A DNA stretch of 64,000 nt from the IMG/VR virus record IMGVR_UViG_3300030107_000800, positions 14,501 through 78,500 of that record; one strand, given 5' to 3'. Below, in pieces: positions 12,001 to 22,283 of the stretch. How positions within the stretch are numbered: position 1 is the stretch's first letter; every line of letters begins with the position of its first letter. A program made the position numbers and the translations under genes. Below the pieces are notes generated by a model. It was not told the DNA's origin. It saw nothing but the letters and a program-made list of their open reading frames with translations, and did no database searches. This DNA is from a virus.

Positions 12001-15000
12001 ATATAAAGAATCAACAGCAGATATAACATTGTCACATTCTTGTGCTGTTAATTGAGAATCAGCAATGATATTATAGTTACTATATGTTAACTTAGTAGTC
12101 CAATTACCAGACTTATTAATATTATCTTTTACAACCTCTATGATACCTGGCCCTTTAACAATAATTTCCTTAAAGGACTCAATCATTGTATCTACAGAAG
12201 ATATTACTTCAACACATGCTGGATTATTGGTATCAAATGCAATACTACCATCTGTTACAGGTGCAATAGCAGTATAAGTTCCTGTTGGAAGATTATTCCT
12301 TACAGTAAGAGTAATTTTATCTTTTAATGTATCCCATGCTTCAATAGCAGCAAGTCTTTCATCAGAAGTTCTGTTAAGACTTGTTAACTCTTGTCCACCA
12401 GGATATGTGCTAACTGTCCAATAACGTCTTGCATAATCAACAATCTTTTCATTACCACCAAATTTTAAATGATAGGTAATAGCATCTATCAAAAGACCAA
12501 TATCTCTAGAACATTTTGCTTTATCACCTGTTTGAAGACTAGTGTAAGTAGCATAAATGTATTCACTGATCTCTTCTTGAAGATATGCTTTATTAGAAGT
12601 AATTAGATTTGATGCATCTACATATTGACCATTATTAACAGCACTGAGAGTAAATGTTGCTATCTCTCCTCCTGTTGTAGCAGGTGCTACTGCAAATGTT
12701 TGTCCTTGTGGAACTTGTAATGTTTGTCCTTGTGGAACCTGAACTGTATTAGTTCCAGCAGTACCTGACTGACTACCAGATAATTGACTAATTCCAGCAG
12801 CAACACCAGTACCAGAAGTTAATAATGCATTGTTAGATAATGTTATCTTAGTTGATGTATCAATTGATACAATCTTAGTATTTGCAGGGAATGCTCTACC
12901 AGCACTGATATACATTCCAACAGCAAGATTATTAGTATCTCCAACTGTTACTTCTGCTGATCCTATTGCATAATCTACACTAATTTGATAATCCCAATTT
13001 CTAATAGCAAGACCTACTAAATTAGTAGCATATCTAAAGATATCAAGAGATTCAGTTTTATTAGATGTAATGTAATCATAGTCACTGCCTTGATTAAAGA
13101 GATTTACATAATCATAAGTTTTAACATTTCCACCAAATCTCAAATCATGTTCATAACCATCTATAATATATCCAATGTCTCTTTGATAATCATCTAACTT
13201 TGTACTCCAATCAAGTGAAGCATACTTAGACTTACCATAACCTACTGCTTCTGCAACTATAAATTCTCTATTCCTTTCAACCTGATTAGCAGCATCTAAC
13301 CATCTACCACCACGTTCAAATATATTTCTTATCTTCTTAAGATATTTTGTATTATACTGATTATCTACAAAGTAGAAAGTTCTACCATAGAAAGTAACTC
13401 CATTATATGCAGATCCTGCTTTTGTACCAGGACCAAGTGGAGGTTGTGCAAATACTATATTATCACCAGATACTGTGTATGCTTTTTCTGGTTCTTGAAG
13501 AACACCATCTAATGTAACAATTAGACTCTTAGCATTAACTGGTGTAAATGGAGTACCATTTTGATCTAATACTTGGAATGACTTTGTGCCAATTAGTTGA
13601 CCGTCATTATTGTATGTTCCATCAAATGCTCCATTAAGAGTAAATGTAAATGCACGAGTATTATTAAAGTTAAATTCAGAATTAGAAGCAGAACCAGATC
13701 CCTTACGAATTCTCTGACTTTCTACCTTCTGAGTTGTTACTGTTACTATTCTCTTAGTACTTTCAACTGTTATCTTATTCTTTTCTGGATCCCAAAGTTG
13801 AACAATAGTGAAATGAGCATCTTTTGGTTGTGATACAGGCATTGGTACTGCTGCATCACTTTCAATATCAACTTGTCCAAATAACTTAAATCCAGCAGGG
13901 TGTGTAGTAGACTTAATTAAGTCTCTCCACTGTTCTATTGAAGTCTTAGACTTAACAACATATGAATAATCCTGATAGAAATTACTATCAATAAGTTTCT
14001 GATTAGAAACACCTAATTTACCTTTATCAGACTTATAGTATCCTAGATTATCATAAAAACTTGTTATAGATTTATCAAAAGTAGTTACGAATACTGAAGT
14101 AATAGTTCCAGTGGCCTTAGATGTTATTCCTTCTATAGAATTGTTCTGTCTAAAGATACCAGTTATATTCTCTACTTTAAGAAGATTAGATCTCCATTCT
14201 GAAACTACTGCTCTTGCAACTTCATTTCCACCAATCTTCTGAATTAATGTTTCTCCTTTCTTAAAGGTTCCATTAAAGTTCTTAAGAACAAAAATACTCT
14301 TAGATGTAAACTTAGATGCTACAGTTTTATCTAAATGGAATGCTCCACCATTCTTAGTAATAGAAACACTCTGAGGAACACCAATAGATGAACTATTAAC
14401 ATAAGCATCTAAATCAGATTCTACTATTTCAATCTCAGGAGCAAAAGTATATCCTACACCAGGATAATCTATAGTAATAGAGAATATAGAACCATCTCTA
14501 ACTACAACATTAAATGTAGCATCTACACCATCACCATTAGTAATTACTATTTTAGGATTGATGTAATTAGATCCTTTATCACTAACATTAACACCTGTAA
14601 TAGTATTAGTAGTTGTATCAAATAATACAGTTGCTTTTGCTTTAAATTCTGAATTAGGATCACATCCTTCTATAATAGGAATTTTTTTATAATTAAGTCC
14701 TAGATTTATAATTTTAAATGAATCAATCTCACCAATAGCAAATTGGCCAGTTGTAGTATATGTTATTGTTCCTGACCCGTCCCAGAGAGGAGGATCGCCA
14801 ACCAAATCATATACAAAGCGATTGCTAGTAACATAGTTTACCTTCCTGACTCCTTGTAATGGGTCATCTACAATTTTTAAATATTTTCCTTCTGAATTTA
14901 CAATACCATTCTTGTCAAAGTAATAGTAATTTGCAAAATCAGTTCCTATCTTCTTATCGTAATTATTTGTTGCTAACCTAGATCCAAATCCAAACTTAAC

Positions 15001-18000
15001 ATCTGTATATGCTCCAAAGTTACCAGGAAGAACTGGAGAAGCAATCTTCTCAACAGTAATTAGATTATAACTTTTACTTGGACTAATATCAAAGTAAGTC
15101 CCAACGAGACTAGAATGAGACGTATCAAATCTATACTTGTAATACTCTTGTATATCAATATTGATGTTTGGTACATATGTACTATCATCTTCTGAGAATT
15201 CAAATTTGTATTCTACTGGTTCTATAGAAGATATTGATACTGTTCTTCTAGGAAGACTAAAATCAAAGAAAGTTGAATTAATAGTTACATCTTGAGCATT
15301 TGATTTCTCAATAGCATAATCAAATATAATACCTACTTGTTGAGTAGTAGGATCATATGACTGAATATATCCAGTACCTGCACCAGTAAAGATTTGATAG
15401 TTACTAGGGAAATTATATTGTGGTTTATAAAGTATTACTTCTTGAGTATTGAAATGATCAGCATCAACTGTACCTTCTTGGCCTCTATCAACATTCAATG
15501 AATCAGTTGTTATAGAAACAACCTTTAATACTTCATCACCAACTTTTACTAAATCATTCTTGCAGAACCCAGTGACATCCTTGATTTTCAGAGATGTCTG
15601 TCCAGCAGCAAATCCTACATGATCAACATATATTGTTAATCTCTGACTACTTAATGATCCACCAGATCTTACAAGACTCTCATCTGCAACACTTAAATAA
15701 TCTCCTTTTCTATAATCAGATCCACTATCTTGAATTGTAACATTTGATACAATACCAGCATTAGAGACTGTAATACTAGCAGTAGCACCAGTACCACTAC
15801 CACCAGTTAAAGGAACATTATTATAAGTGTTAGCAGTATAATCTGCACCACCATTTAATATTTGAAATCTTCCAATTCCAGTATCATCAATAGTACTCTT
15901 ATTGGATGGTGCTTTAAGAACTATATTCTGATAAAGACGTTTTCTTACATACCATGTCTTAAGTTTTGTAGCATCATCTGGAATAATATCAACAGTTACT
16001 TCATCACCAATACCTAGGCCATGACTAGATGCTGTCTCTATAAGAGCAACACTTTGATTAACAATAAATGGTTCTAAATTATCACTTAAAGAAGTTAAAG
16101 TAATAATTCTAGATCCTGATGTATTAAAAAGATTAGAAGATTGTAAGAAATAGGTATCATCAACAATCCATGTTCCTGTAAGAACTTTAATCTTTAATGT
16201 ATTTTGCTGAGTAGTACCTTCTAAAATTTCAGCAGTAGCAATAGGTGCATTTACACCATCAGTTAGACTTAGAATAGCACCTTCTGTATAAGAACTGTCT
16301 TGATCAATTATTAAAGAGAAGGTCTTAATATCAGCAGAGAATGTTCCTGTATTATCAAACGTTCCATTAACATTCTTAAGAACTATAACATTATCGCTTG
16401 CAACATTTCCTACTATTTCACCATAAGCACTTGAAGATGGTTGTCTTAATGTATCATTAGCAAACAAATATGCAGTCTGAATTGTTGTTAATTTAACAAC
16501 CTTATTTTCCTTAGATTGTAGATAACTAACATCTTTACCTTTAACAGAGGATATTATAGATTCTGCTTCTGATCCTTCTGTTCCTCTATTATCGAAATAA
16601 ACTTTTGAATTGACTGAGAAGTTAGCAGATGATCTATCTACAGAGATAGAATCTACTGTTCCAGATTTAACTTCTGATATTGTAGCAATAACTCCTTCAC
16701 CATTTCTAGGCATACCAGCAGTATAAAGTCTCTTAGCATCTTTAGGAATATCATCCTGAGTGATATTAGAGTTGTAATTACTATCTACTGGTAATGAATA
16801 GAAGTTCTCACCTATGATATATGGATATTGCGGTATTTGATTGCTATCAATAGTAAGGAAATAAGCATAAGTTCCTTCTGGAAAGTCTGGGGTAATACAA
16901 AATCTTCCATTGTTTTGATCTAGAGTTCCACTTTTATGATTGTAAACAAAATCATTAGTGAATGATCCTAGAGGCCATTGTCCCTCATCAGGTCCAGCAG
17001 TACGTTGACCAACTATAGAATAACTAGAAGCCATCCTAATAATAGATGATGTTGCATCTAGTGGGTCTTCATATCCAAATGCACCATATATGGGGTTACC
17101 ATCATAAGCAAAACCTATGATAGGTGAATGTGTCTTAGTTGCTGGTTCAGTACCTGCACCATTTAAGTTGTCATTTAAGGCCACCCTAAGTGATTTGGGG
17201 TTACCTACATGAGCATATCCATAATCAAAAACATTATTGAAGTTTTGGAAAACATAACCATTATCAGTATCTAAGGAAAGTTTAGTAAACCTATTCTTAT
17301 TCCACTCTTTCAATAAAGGAATACCAGTAGCACCTTCACCAACAGGTATAATATCTACAACAACTGTATTTTGATTATAGAAATTACCCTCATCAATCTT
17401 TTCAAAATCTGTTATCTTACCATCTGTAAGAAGAGCTTTGTATTCAGCGAACCTTCCTCTACCAGCATTATCTCTAATTCTAACAGTTGGTGGAGAAGAA
17501 TAGTATTCACCAGCATTATCAATAACAAGACTGGTTACTTTAGCACCAGTAACGATAGCACGAACTTCTGCTCTTCTACCAGAGGTAATTAATATCTCTG
17601 GTGTGGTTGGGAATGTATCAGTTGTGTCTACAATAATACTTTCAACTACATTTCCAGAAAGGACTGCTCTTGCCTTATCTCTAACACCATCTACAAGAAC
17701 ATATGGTGGACTAGCATATCCCCTTCCTTGAGTGTTAACTTTAATTTCTTCTAGTTTACCGTAACGTATGCTTTCTTCATCCTTGAAACCGTAGGCCAGG
17801 ACACCGTTTAGAAGGACTCCAATATCACGTTTTGGAGTTGGGTAAACTTCTGTTGTTCTAGTTGCTTGTTTCCTAATAATACGAAGCAACTTCTGATCTT
17901 GTACTGGTTCACTTATAGTAGGACCATCTAATATCTTATATGATGGAAAACCAGAACTTGAGACATAATAATATTGCTCATCTTCAAATAATGCGGATAC

Positions 18001-19380
18001 ATCAGTAGATACTTGATCTAAAGAAGTTTCTACATTGGTATTTGTTGGTGCATCTACAGAATTACCTACCTGTCCTAATACCCACCTAGGCTGGTTTGTA
18101 CCAGTCTTAACAATTTTAGGATCAGTTGTCTCGAATCCTGGGTTAGAGACCTGTATCTGGTCTCCTACAGCAGAGTGTGGGTGTGAATCTTGTGGAGAAA
18201 GATTATAGACTACACCTAGAGTCAATAAAGATGCATTAGTACCTTCAATGATTACTGGTTTATAAACTGAAGTACCAGATGCATGTGTAGTAGGTACACT
18301 ACCTCTCTTTTCAATTATAAACTGTGTAGCGGTCTTATTATCAAATTTTATTTTCTCATCAGCAATAAGAATCTCACCAGTTGGTTCCCATCCAATAGTA
18401 GAGAAAACATCTATTCTCTTTCCTACACCATCTGTACTAGGAAGATTTCTCTCTAAACGAGTCTTAGTTGAGACTGCAAAGAATCCATTAACTGTCTCAG
18501 GAGCAAGTACAATATTCCATATTGATTCTCCATCAGCAGTATTATCTGGATAAACATTATCTACAGTAGCATCAGCATATCCATATTCATCAGTAACAGA
18601 CTGTACTATCTTCTTACCAATTAATAACTTAGGATCTCCTGATATAACTTTACATTTAAGAGCATAAACACTGATCCAATCAGCATTAGATACTTTATAT
18701 GTGTAATCTCTTGGTTTGTATACCTCTGGTTTTGTATCATTATTAACCAGAGTATTGAAAACAAATTCAATAGAACTATTAGTTCCTTTGGCCTTATAGA
18801 ATTTACTGATATTCTTAATCAGTGTTCTCTTATCAACTTCACCTTTAAGATACTTCTCAGGGAAAGAACCTAGATACTGACTCTCAAAATTTCTAACTAA
18901 GGCATATAGAAATAGATTACTTACATTATATACTGTCTCACCTGAATTATGAGGTGCAGCAGTGGTGCTAGAATAGGTTGAAGTATTGTATAGGTCACCA
19001 AGGGTAGTATTTCCACTAACGCCTCTTACACACTCTCTCAGCTCGGTATCAGTACGTGTACCATAGAATATAATTTCATCACCAATTCTTACGTAACCAT
19101 TTGCCTGTGGAAAACTCGACGCATCTTGTAGTACAATTGTATCAGCAGTAGCAGAAATATAAGCATCCAAGCTATCAAACTGTCTAAGAATATTTTGCTC
19201 ATAATAATCAATGTTGGAATAAGTTTGTAAATTGCTGGCAATATCTAAGGGGCCACCCTGAACTTCCTGACCTTCATAGTATTTCTGAACAAACTTGTGG
19301 AAAAGTGGGTATTCAGATACTATAAACTCAGGTAGTTGCGACTCAATAAGAGTGCTAATTCTTTTAGTCTTTACTGCCAT
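9070..19380 (-). CDS. gp7: Baseplate wedge initiator gp7-like, 3,436 aa
   Basis: ISTLIESQLPEFI start, IKNISKFYKAKGT, YQDYSYVVKS...HPAGFKLFG, YHYH-like segment HSPIIGFAYDGNPIYG, GxGYxxxP repeats; lies between gp6 and gp8. Confidence 0.85.
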   Translation of the reverse strand: MAVKTKRISTLIESQLPEFIVSEYPLFHKFVQKYYEGQEVQGGPLDIASNLQTYSNIDYYEQNILRQFDSLDAYISATADTIVLQDASSFPQANGYVRIGDEIIFYGTRTDTELRECVRGVSGNTTLGDLYNTSTYSSTTAAPHNSGETVYNVSNLFLYALVRNFESQYLGSFPEKYLKGEVDKRTLIKNISKFYKAKGTNSSIEFVFNTLVNNDTKPEVYKPRDYTYKVSNADWISVYALKCKVISGDPKLLIGKKIVQSVTDEYGYADATVDNVYPDNTADGESIWNIVLAPETVNGFFAVSTKTRLERNLPSTDGVGKRIDVFSTIGWEPTGEILIADEKIKFDNKTATQFIIEKRGSVPTTHASGTSVYKPVIIEGTNASLLTLGVVYNLSPQDSHPHSAVGDQIQVSNPGFETTDPKIVKTGTNQPRWVLGQVGNSVDAPTNTNVETSLDQVSTDVSALFEDEQYYYVSSSGFPSYKILDGPTISEPVQDQKLLRIIRKQATRTTEVYPTPKRDIGVLLNGVLAYGFKDEESIRYGKLEEIKVNTQGRGYASPPYVLVDGVRDKARAVLSGNVVESIIVDTTDTFPTTPEILITSGRRAEVRAIVTGAKVTSLVIDNAGEYYSSPPTVRIRDNAGRGRFAEYKALLTDGKITDFEKIDEGNFYNQNTVVVDIIPVGEGATGIPLLKEWNKNRFTKLSLDTDNGYVFQNFNNVFDYGYAHVGNPKSLRVALNDNLNGAGTEPATKTHSPIIGFAYDGNPIYGAFGYEDPLDATSSIIRMASSYSIVGQRTAGPDEGQWPLGSFTNDFVYNHKSGTLDQNNGRFCITPDFPEGTYAYFLTIDSNQIPQYPYIIGENFYSLPVDSNYNSNITQDDIPKDAKRLYTAGMPRNGEGVIATISEVKSGTVDSISVDRSSANFSVNSKVYFDNRGTEGSEAESIISSVKGKDVSYLQSKENKVVKLTTIQTAYLFANDTLRQPSSSAYGEIVGNVASDNVIVLKNVNGTFDNTGTFSADIKTFSLIIDQDSSYTEGAILSLTDGVNAPIATAEILEGTTQQNTLKIKVLTGTWIVDDTYFLQSSNLFNTSGSRIITLTSLSDNLEPFIVNQSVALIETASSHGLGIGDEVTVDIIPDDATKLKTWYVRKRLYQNIVLKAPSNKSTIDDTGIGRFQILNGGADYTANTYNNVPLTGGSGTGATASITVSNAGIVSNVTIQDSGSDYRKGDYLSVADESLVRSGGSLSSQRLTIYVDHVGFAAGQTSLKIKDVTGFCKNDLVKVGDEVLKVVSITTDSLNVDRGQEGTVDADHFNTQEVILYKPQYNFPSNYQIFTGAGTGYIQSYDPTTQQVGIIFDYAIEKSNAQDVTINSTFFDFSLPRRTVSISSIEPVEYKFEFSEDDSTYVPNINIDIQEYYKYRFDTSHSSLVGTYFDISPSKSYNLITVEKIASPVLPGNFGAYTDVKFGFGSRLATNNYDKKIGTDFANYYYFDKNGIVNSEGKYLKIVDDPLQGVRKVNYVTSNRFVYDLVGDPPLWDGSGTITYTTTGQFAIGEIDSFKIINLGLNYKKIPIIEGCDPNSEFKAKATVLFDTTTNTITGVNVSDKGSNYINPKIVITNGDGVDATFNVVVRDGSIFSITIDYPGVGYTFAPEIEIVESDLDAYVNSSSIGVPQSVSITKNGGAFHLDKTVASKFTSKSIFVLKNFNGTFKKGETLIQKIGGNEVARAVVSEWRSNLLKVENITGIFRQNNSIEGITSKATGTITSVFVTTFDKSITSFYDNLGYYKSDKGKLGVSNQKLIDSNFYQDYSYVVKSKTSIEQWRDLIKSTTHPAGFKLFGQVDIESDAAVPMPVSQPKDAHFTIVQLWDPEKNKITVESTKRIVTVTTQKVESQRIRKGSGSASNSEFNFNNTRAFTFTLNGAFDGTYNNDGQLIGTKSFQVLDQNGTPFTPVNAKSLIVTLDGVLQEPEKAYTVSGDNIVFAQPPLGPGTKAGSAYNGVTFYGRTFYFVDNQYNTKYLKKIRNIFERGGRWLDAANQVERNREFIVAEAVGYGKSKYASLDWSTKLDDYQRDIGYIIDGYEHDLRFGGNVKTYDYVNLFNQGSDYDYITSNKTESLDIFRYATNLVGLAIRNWDYQISVDYAIGSAEVTVGDTNNLAVGMYISAGRAFPANTKIVSIDTSTKITLSNNALLTSGTGVAAGISQLSGSQSGTAGTNTVQVPQGQTLQVPQGQTFAVAPATTGGEIATFTLSAVNNGQYVDASNLITSNKAYLQEEISEYIYATYTSLQTGDKAKCSRDIGLLIDAITYHLKFGGNEKIVDYARRYWTVSTYPGGQELTSLNRTSDERLAAIEAWDTLKDKITLTVRNNLPTGTYTAIAPVTDGSIAFDTNNPACVEVISSVDTMIESFKEIIVKGPGIIEVVKDNINKSGNWTTKLTYSNYNIIADSQLTAQECDNVISAVDSLYANVNTLINEVSTTRSLPDFIDGENKIFELYWDDSTAVDTEVDEDLFLTINAVLQRPKYTETYPGADAYYINRSVIPNQIIFDVAPICDQDLGAKTLGEVTAIEKVSGIGVANYKRLTIDYNLVDNVKSGPFLILDVEDMTVQTIEQKEFLYVFVDGILQREGYSYTVAGPNIYFNVPINSATKIDMRYLYGRNVGQVLNIYDFNPDSYYAKGVVTLETTAGADDLLRFRWMGDSIGLPVHAYQEVGGIKKIIGIASNFFRLNDMVRFTATGPKAEIDQTLPVVFAVGGKYNINTSVTLASSGSGVVYEADVDGRAVLSDLNSIWSGTLLGKNYRQPFIGISNLDKIRIEGEEGFRAIKKLPGSTTSKEQRAGEPVSTSHFGQVEVERYNGTTRGEGLSVVATIENGSVTKLEWNQRSYDPLTQPTAYQYETPPILHFIPKNGNGGGARATALVSKGQVISVDLLDGGSGYTEAPQVVVARRYDILAERDIGIVITQRIGVTKVDVSQTQTSSAHITILGTQVQNISTFTSTAFESPKSVTPDIEAEIQIDTDNIAEGQSGFDMPAGTEQPDNSQIVFIEPDPLVIESGGAAGSGAQPSIANVAIQDIVSLNSIQTVSKQITSSFTVDIDNTSLDNINYYQVGAYTNVDTDIADEVIYIPDTWKFSNSGYLLIGDEVVRYYRKLTDRFYMVQRGQEDTTAKFWAAGTFLRQVPERISVAPAGVAKIESTSETTTTDLILDVSISTNVLSEITITQSIASPGTTQTEVVLTPPASGAIDQYVEEAFINDPVPTRGIATSTVHTGSVDITDDYDVVQRGGGIVDVTNLVFGKTQDYIGDYIVTNVGNTLNHFDISGWDVGFTNVSGTTLQELDIHYPSLGIQDFEMRGLSAWTLAGQYWRIVNGSIQNPVAISQSTGTIGGPIVVAMTDNFPAAGYIFTSGGTVIQYTSKTATTFEGCTLFSGPDSINAGEDIIPFEPT
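12695..12743. repeat. 24-bp tandem duplication in gp7 (QVPQGQTL/QVPQGQTF)
   Basis: aatgtttgtccttgtggaac at 12695 and 12719. Confidence 0.85.
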
Positions 19381-21176
19381 TACTCTTTATACGCAACGAA
19401 GCTGGAATTTGCAATGTCAACATCAAGATACATCTCTCGAAGTGCCTTGACATCATTAGATAGTGGTTTCACTCTAAGTGAAATACGATTGTCGAAGAAA
19501 CTACCTTTAATAATAGTTAAGTCGTATAACTTTAGTTCACCTTTGACATAATCAATATCACCAACTTCCTTGTCCAGGACAACCTTCTCACCAGTTGAGG
19601 AATCTATTCTATATAGGACAATCTTCTCATCTCTGTCTTCTAAGTAGACATCAAAAGTAGGATATTCTGTTACTCTAAATCCTGTTGATGAGAGAACAGG
19701 ATTATCACAATCCTTATCAAATGCATTCTGATAACAAACTTCATAGAAGAAAGTAGAATTTAATTGAGGATAGAAGTCTCTCCTCATAGTAACTGATGTT
19801 AAATTAGAATTAATACTCGAATCTGCCTCATCAATTACAGCAGTAAACTTACTATATCTAAATTTACCCTTAAATTTCTCTGTACCACTAGTATTAGTAT
19901 ATTGTTTTACTGCACCAATGGCCACATCTCGTATTTCAGCAGGAGGAGAATCTGTTTTTGACCCACTATAATAGATCTCACTGGTCAATTCTACGAATAA
20001 AACAGCAGGATCAACGATAACTGGTTCAACAGAAGCAACAACATACTTCTTTAACTCCTCAACAATCTGATTTTTAGTCAAAGATGTCAAATATGAAGCA
20101 TCAGTTGGCTTTAAAACAACAAAAACTTTACCATAATCAGGTGGATCTTGGTCTTCTCCACCAAAAATTATGATATCGCTAGTAGCAGGATAGATATTTC
20201 TTACGATTGCACCATAGTCTTCAGCAGTTACAGCACGATCTTGAGTACCAAATGTCTTAGGTGCATTAAATTTGATCTTTTCTGTGGTTTCTTGCTCTTC
20301 TCCACCAGCAGCAGGAATAGAATTATTGATTGTTACGTTATATGAATTAGGAGTAAGACCACTTCCATTAACTAAAACACCATTAAACACAAAAGATTTG
20401 ACTCCATTGGACTCAGAACCAGATGTTGTGATGTAAGTTACACGAATTTGAGCATTATTTTCTAATTTTTTACCTAAAACACCATCTCCAAATATCAATT
20501 CATACCTATCATCAGCAATTTCTTCTAAAAAGAAGACTTTTGATGTGCTATCTACACCTAAAATATTGTCTGCCCTCAGATATGGCTCGTTAAATGACCC
20601 TCCAGTAGGATAAACTTGGACTGATATTGTATTTGTATCAATATCTGGGTTGTTTAAAATGAATTTTTGTGATTTTTGTGCTGTCTGAACAGTAAATGTC
20701 TGTGATACTTGTGTTCCTTCTCTTAAAGGAACGTTAGTGAAGACGGCCTGATTGTTTGCAACTGCTGCTTTTACACCTTTTTCCACAACATATTGATAAA
20801 CATTGTTATCATAGGTAGTAAAAAACCCAGTTCCACCTTTTAAGTTTAATTCTGTATCGGTAGTAGGATTGCTATAGTCAACTGTAAAGTCAATATATGC
20901 AGTAGGAGATGTTTTTGACTTAGGTGTATATCCTAACTGCTTTGCAATTGCTACTACATTGTCTCTTAGAGACGCGGAATCAATGAATAATTCATTGACT
21001 ACCATGTTTGTATTGAACGCAGTATAGTACGTATTATAAGCAAGTACGTCTATTAAGTTCGATATAGCAGAACCTTCAAAATCATAGTCAGTAAAATCTG
21101 ACTGCGACTTTAAATAGTCCTTCAGCGTAGTTTTGATCTGTTCAAAATCTAAATTAGCAACTTGAGTATAAGGCAT
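19380..21176 (-). CDS. gp6: Baseplate wedge protein gp6
   Basis: LDFEQIKTTLKDYL..FTDYDFEGS..LAYNTYY and QDRAVTAEDY motifs. Confidence 0.93.
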   Translation of the reverse strand: MPYTQVANLDFEQIKTTLKDYLKSQSDFTDYDFEGSAISNLIDVLAYNTYYTAFNTNMVVNELFIDSASLRDNVVAIAKQLGYTPKSKTSPTAYIDFTVDYSNPTTDTELNLKGGTGFFTTYDNNVYQYVVEKGVKAAVANNQAVFTNVPLREGTQVSQTFTVQTAQKSQKFILNNPDIDTNTISVQVYPTGGSFNEPYLRADNILGVDSTSKVFFLEEIADDRYELIFGDGVLGKKLENNAQIRVTYITTSGSESNGVKSFVFNGVLVNGSGLTPNSYNVTINNSIPAAGGEEQETTEKIKFNAPKTFGTQDRAVTAEDYGAIVRNIYPATSDIIIFGGEDQDPPDYGKVFVVLKPTDASYLTSLTKNQIVEELKKYVVASVEPVIVDPAVLFVELTSEIYYSGSKTDSPPAEIRDVAIGAVKQYTNTSGTEKFKGKFRYSKFTAVIDEADSSINSNLTSVTMRRDFYPQLNSTFFYEVCYQNAFDKDCDNPVLSSTGFRVTEYPTFDVYLEDRDEKIVLYRIDSSTGEKVVLDKEVGDIDYVKGELKLYDLTIIKGSFFDNRISLRVKPLSNDVKALREMYLDVDIANSSFVAYKE

Positions 21177-21569
21177 TTATCGAGTACGTTCTAAGAAGAA
21201 ACCTGCCTGTTGTTGTCTATCTTCTCGTCCTATAATTCTATAGAAAATTTCTACCTCATATCCATTAGTATTGAAGTCTGGTTCGCATAGAACATCCTCT
21301 ACAATTACTCGTGGTTCCCATCTTTTAATGGTTTCCTTAACTTGAGACTTAATCATACCAGCAGTACCATAATCTAATGGTTCAAATAATGACTTCTGGA
21401 GATTAGATCCTAGTTGAGGTTGGAATAGACGCTCACCTTTATTAGTAAGAAGCAGGTTTTTGATTGATTGAGTAATCGCAGCCTTATCCTTCACCGTGAT
21501 TACATCATCGGTTACAGGATGCTTCTTAAATGTAACGCTTAAATCTTTAAACGTTTGGAACGTGGGCAT
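21177..21569 (-). CDS. gp25: Baseplate wedge subunit gp25
   Basis: FKDLS..F..HP, SIKNLLLTNKGERLFQPQLGS, WEPRV motifs. Confidence 0.93.
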   Translation of the reverse strand: MPTFQTFKDLSVTFKKHPVTDDVITVKDKAAITQSIKNLLLTNKGERLFQPQLGSNLQKSLFEPLDYGTAGMIKSQVKETIKRWEPRVIVEDVLCEPDFNTNGYEVEIFYRIIGREDRQQQAGFFLERTR

Positions 21570-21590
21570 TTAGACACAGCAAAGCTATTT

Positions 21591-21884
21591 CTATTTATCC
21601 ACTGTAACTGAATAGAATGTATATTTCAAAAATAATTCCTCGCCCTTGTGGATGGGCTTAATTGTCTTTACGAAGTATTTGTCATCTTCTAACCACTTCA
21701 CACAGTTAGGATCTTCTGAGTGGTTTATGAACCCACCCAGAGGTGTTCTATAGATCACTTCGTCCACAATAAGATGAGACATACCCAATACCATACCAGC
21801 AGGTATATCTTCTCGTGCGAATATACCTTGTCCTGCTATTGGACTATTTTTAATATGGAGTCTACTGGGTAATGCTTGATACAT
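21591..21884 (-). CDS. Minimal SET-domain protein (putative lysine methyltransferase)
   Basis: GQGIFAREDIPAG, FINHSEDPNC and GEELFLKY SET motifs. Confidence 0.85.
   Translation of the reverse strand: MYQALPSRLHIKNSPIAGQGIFAREDIPAGMVLGMSHLIVDEVIYRTPLGGFINHSEDPNCVKWLEDDKYFVKTIKPIHKGEELFLKYTFYSVTVDK
21592..21599 (-). promoter_or_regulatory. Late promoter (GATAAATA) for the gp25 operon
   Basis: About 22 nt upstream of the gp25 ATG. Confidence 0.65.
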
Positions 21885-21914
21885 GATCGGCGTTTTCGGT
21901 GCTCGGAGCGTGCG

Positions 21915-22115
21915 TCAATCTAAAGGTGCGTGACACTTTGGACAGAAATCTTTCTTCTGTGCCATAAACTGTTGATAGATATCCTCACACATCTCATGAG
22001 CAGAGTGTCTAGGAACCATCACCTTGTAGATAAGACCCTCCCTAGCGGAAAGAGTCTCTAACATACTACCCACTTCTTTCCAGAGGGCCTCATTGTCCAA
22101 GTTCTCGTAACTCAA
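21915..22115 (-). CDS. Hypothetical protein with C-terminal CPKC
   Basis: ORF track; overlaps the stop codon of the upstream ORF. Confidence 0.6.
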   Translation of the reverse strand: MSYENLDNEALWKEVGSMLETLSAREGLIYKVMVPRHSAHEMCEDIYQQFMAQKKDFCPKCHAPLD

Positions 22116-22261
22116 TTTCCCTGTCCTCTATACTTCTTCCTCGCAGAGTTACGCGAGGTGGCACTCAACTTCGTGTATTGGCTACGCCCTTGTCGCGTTT
22201 TCTTCGGTTGGGCAGCAACATAACTGCTAGATCCCCACACTCCAGATTTTGCTTTTGCCAT
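22112..22261 (-). CDS. Small basic protein, 49 aa (MAKAKSGVWGSS...RKKYRGQGN)
   Basis: Translated by hand; directly downstream of a sigma70-type promoter; resembles a conserved T4-like cyanophage small protein. Confidence 0.75.
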   Translation of the reverse strand: MAKAKSGVWGSSSYVAAQPKKTRQGRSQYTKLSATSRNSARKKYRGQGN

Positions 22262-22283
22262 AATTCAAAAATAATGTATGTAT

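Noticed and set aside
1006-20345. Short ORF-track entries inside the structural genes (e.g. 1006..1233, 4774..5157, 8083..8319, 9040..9378, 13597..13833)
   Set aside because: Antisense or off-frame shadows of long coding genes, with no recognisable motifs or expression signals.
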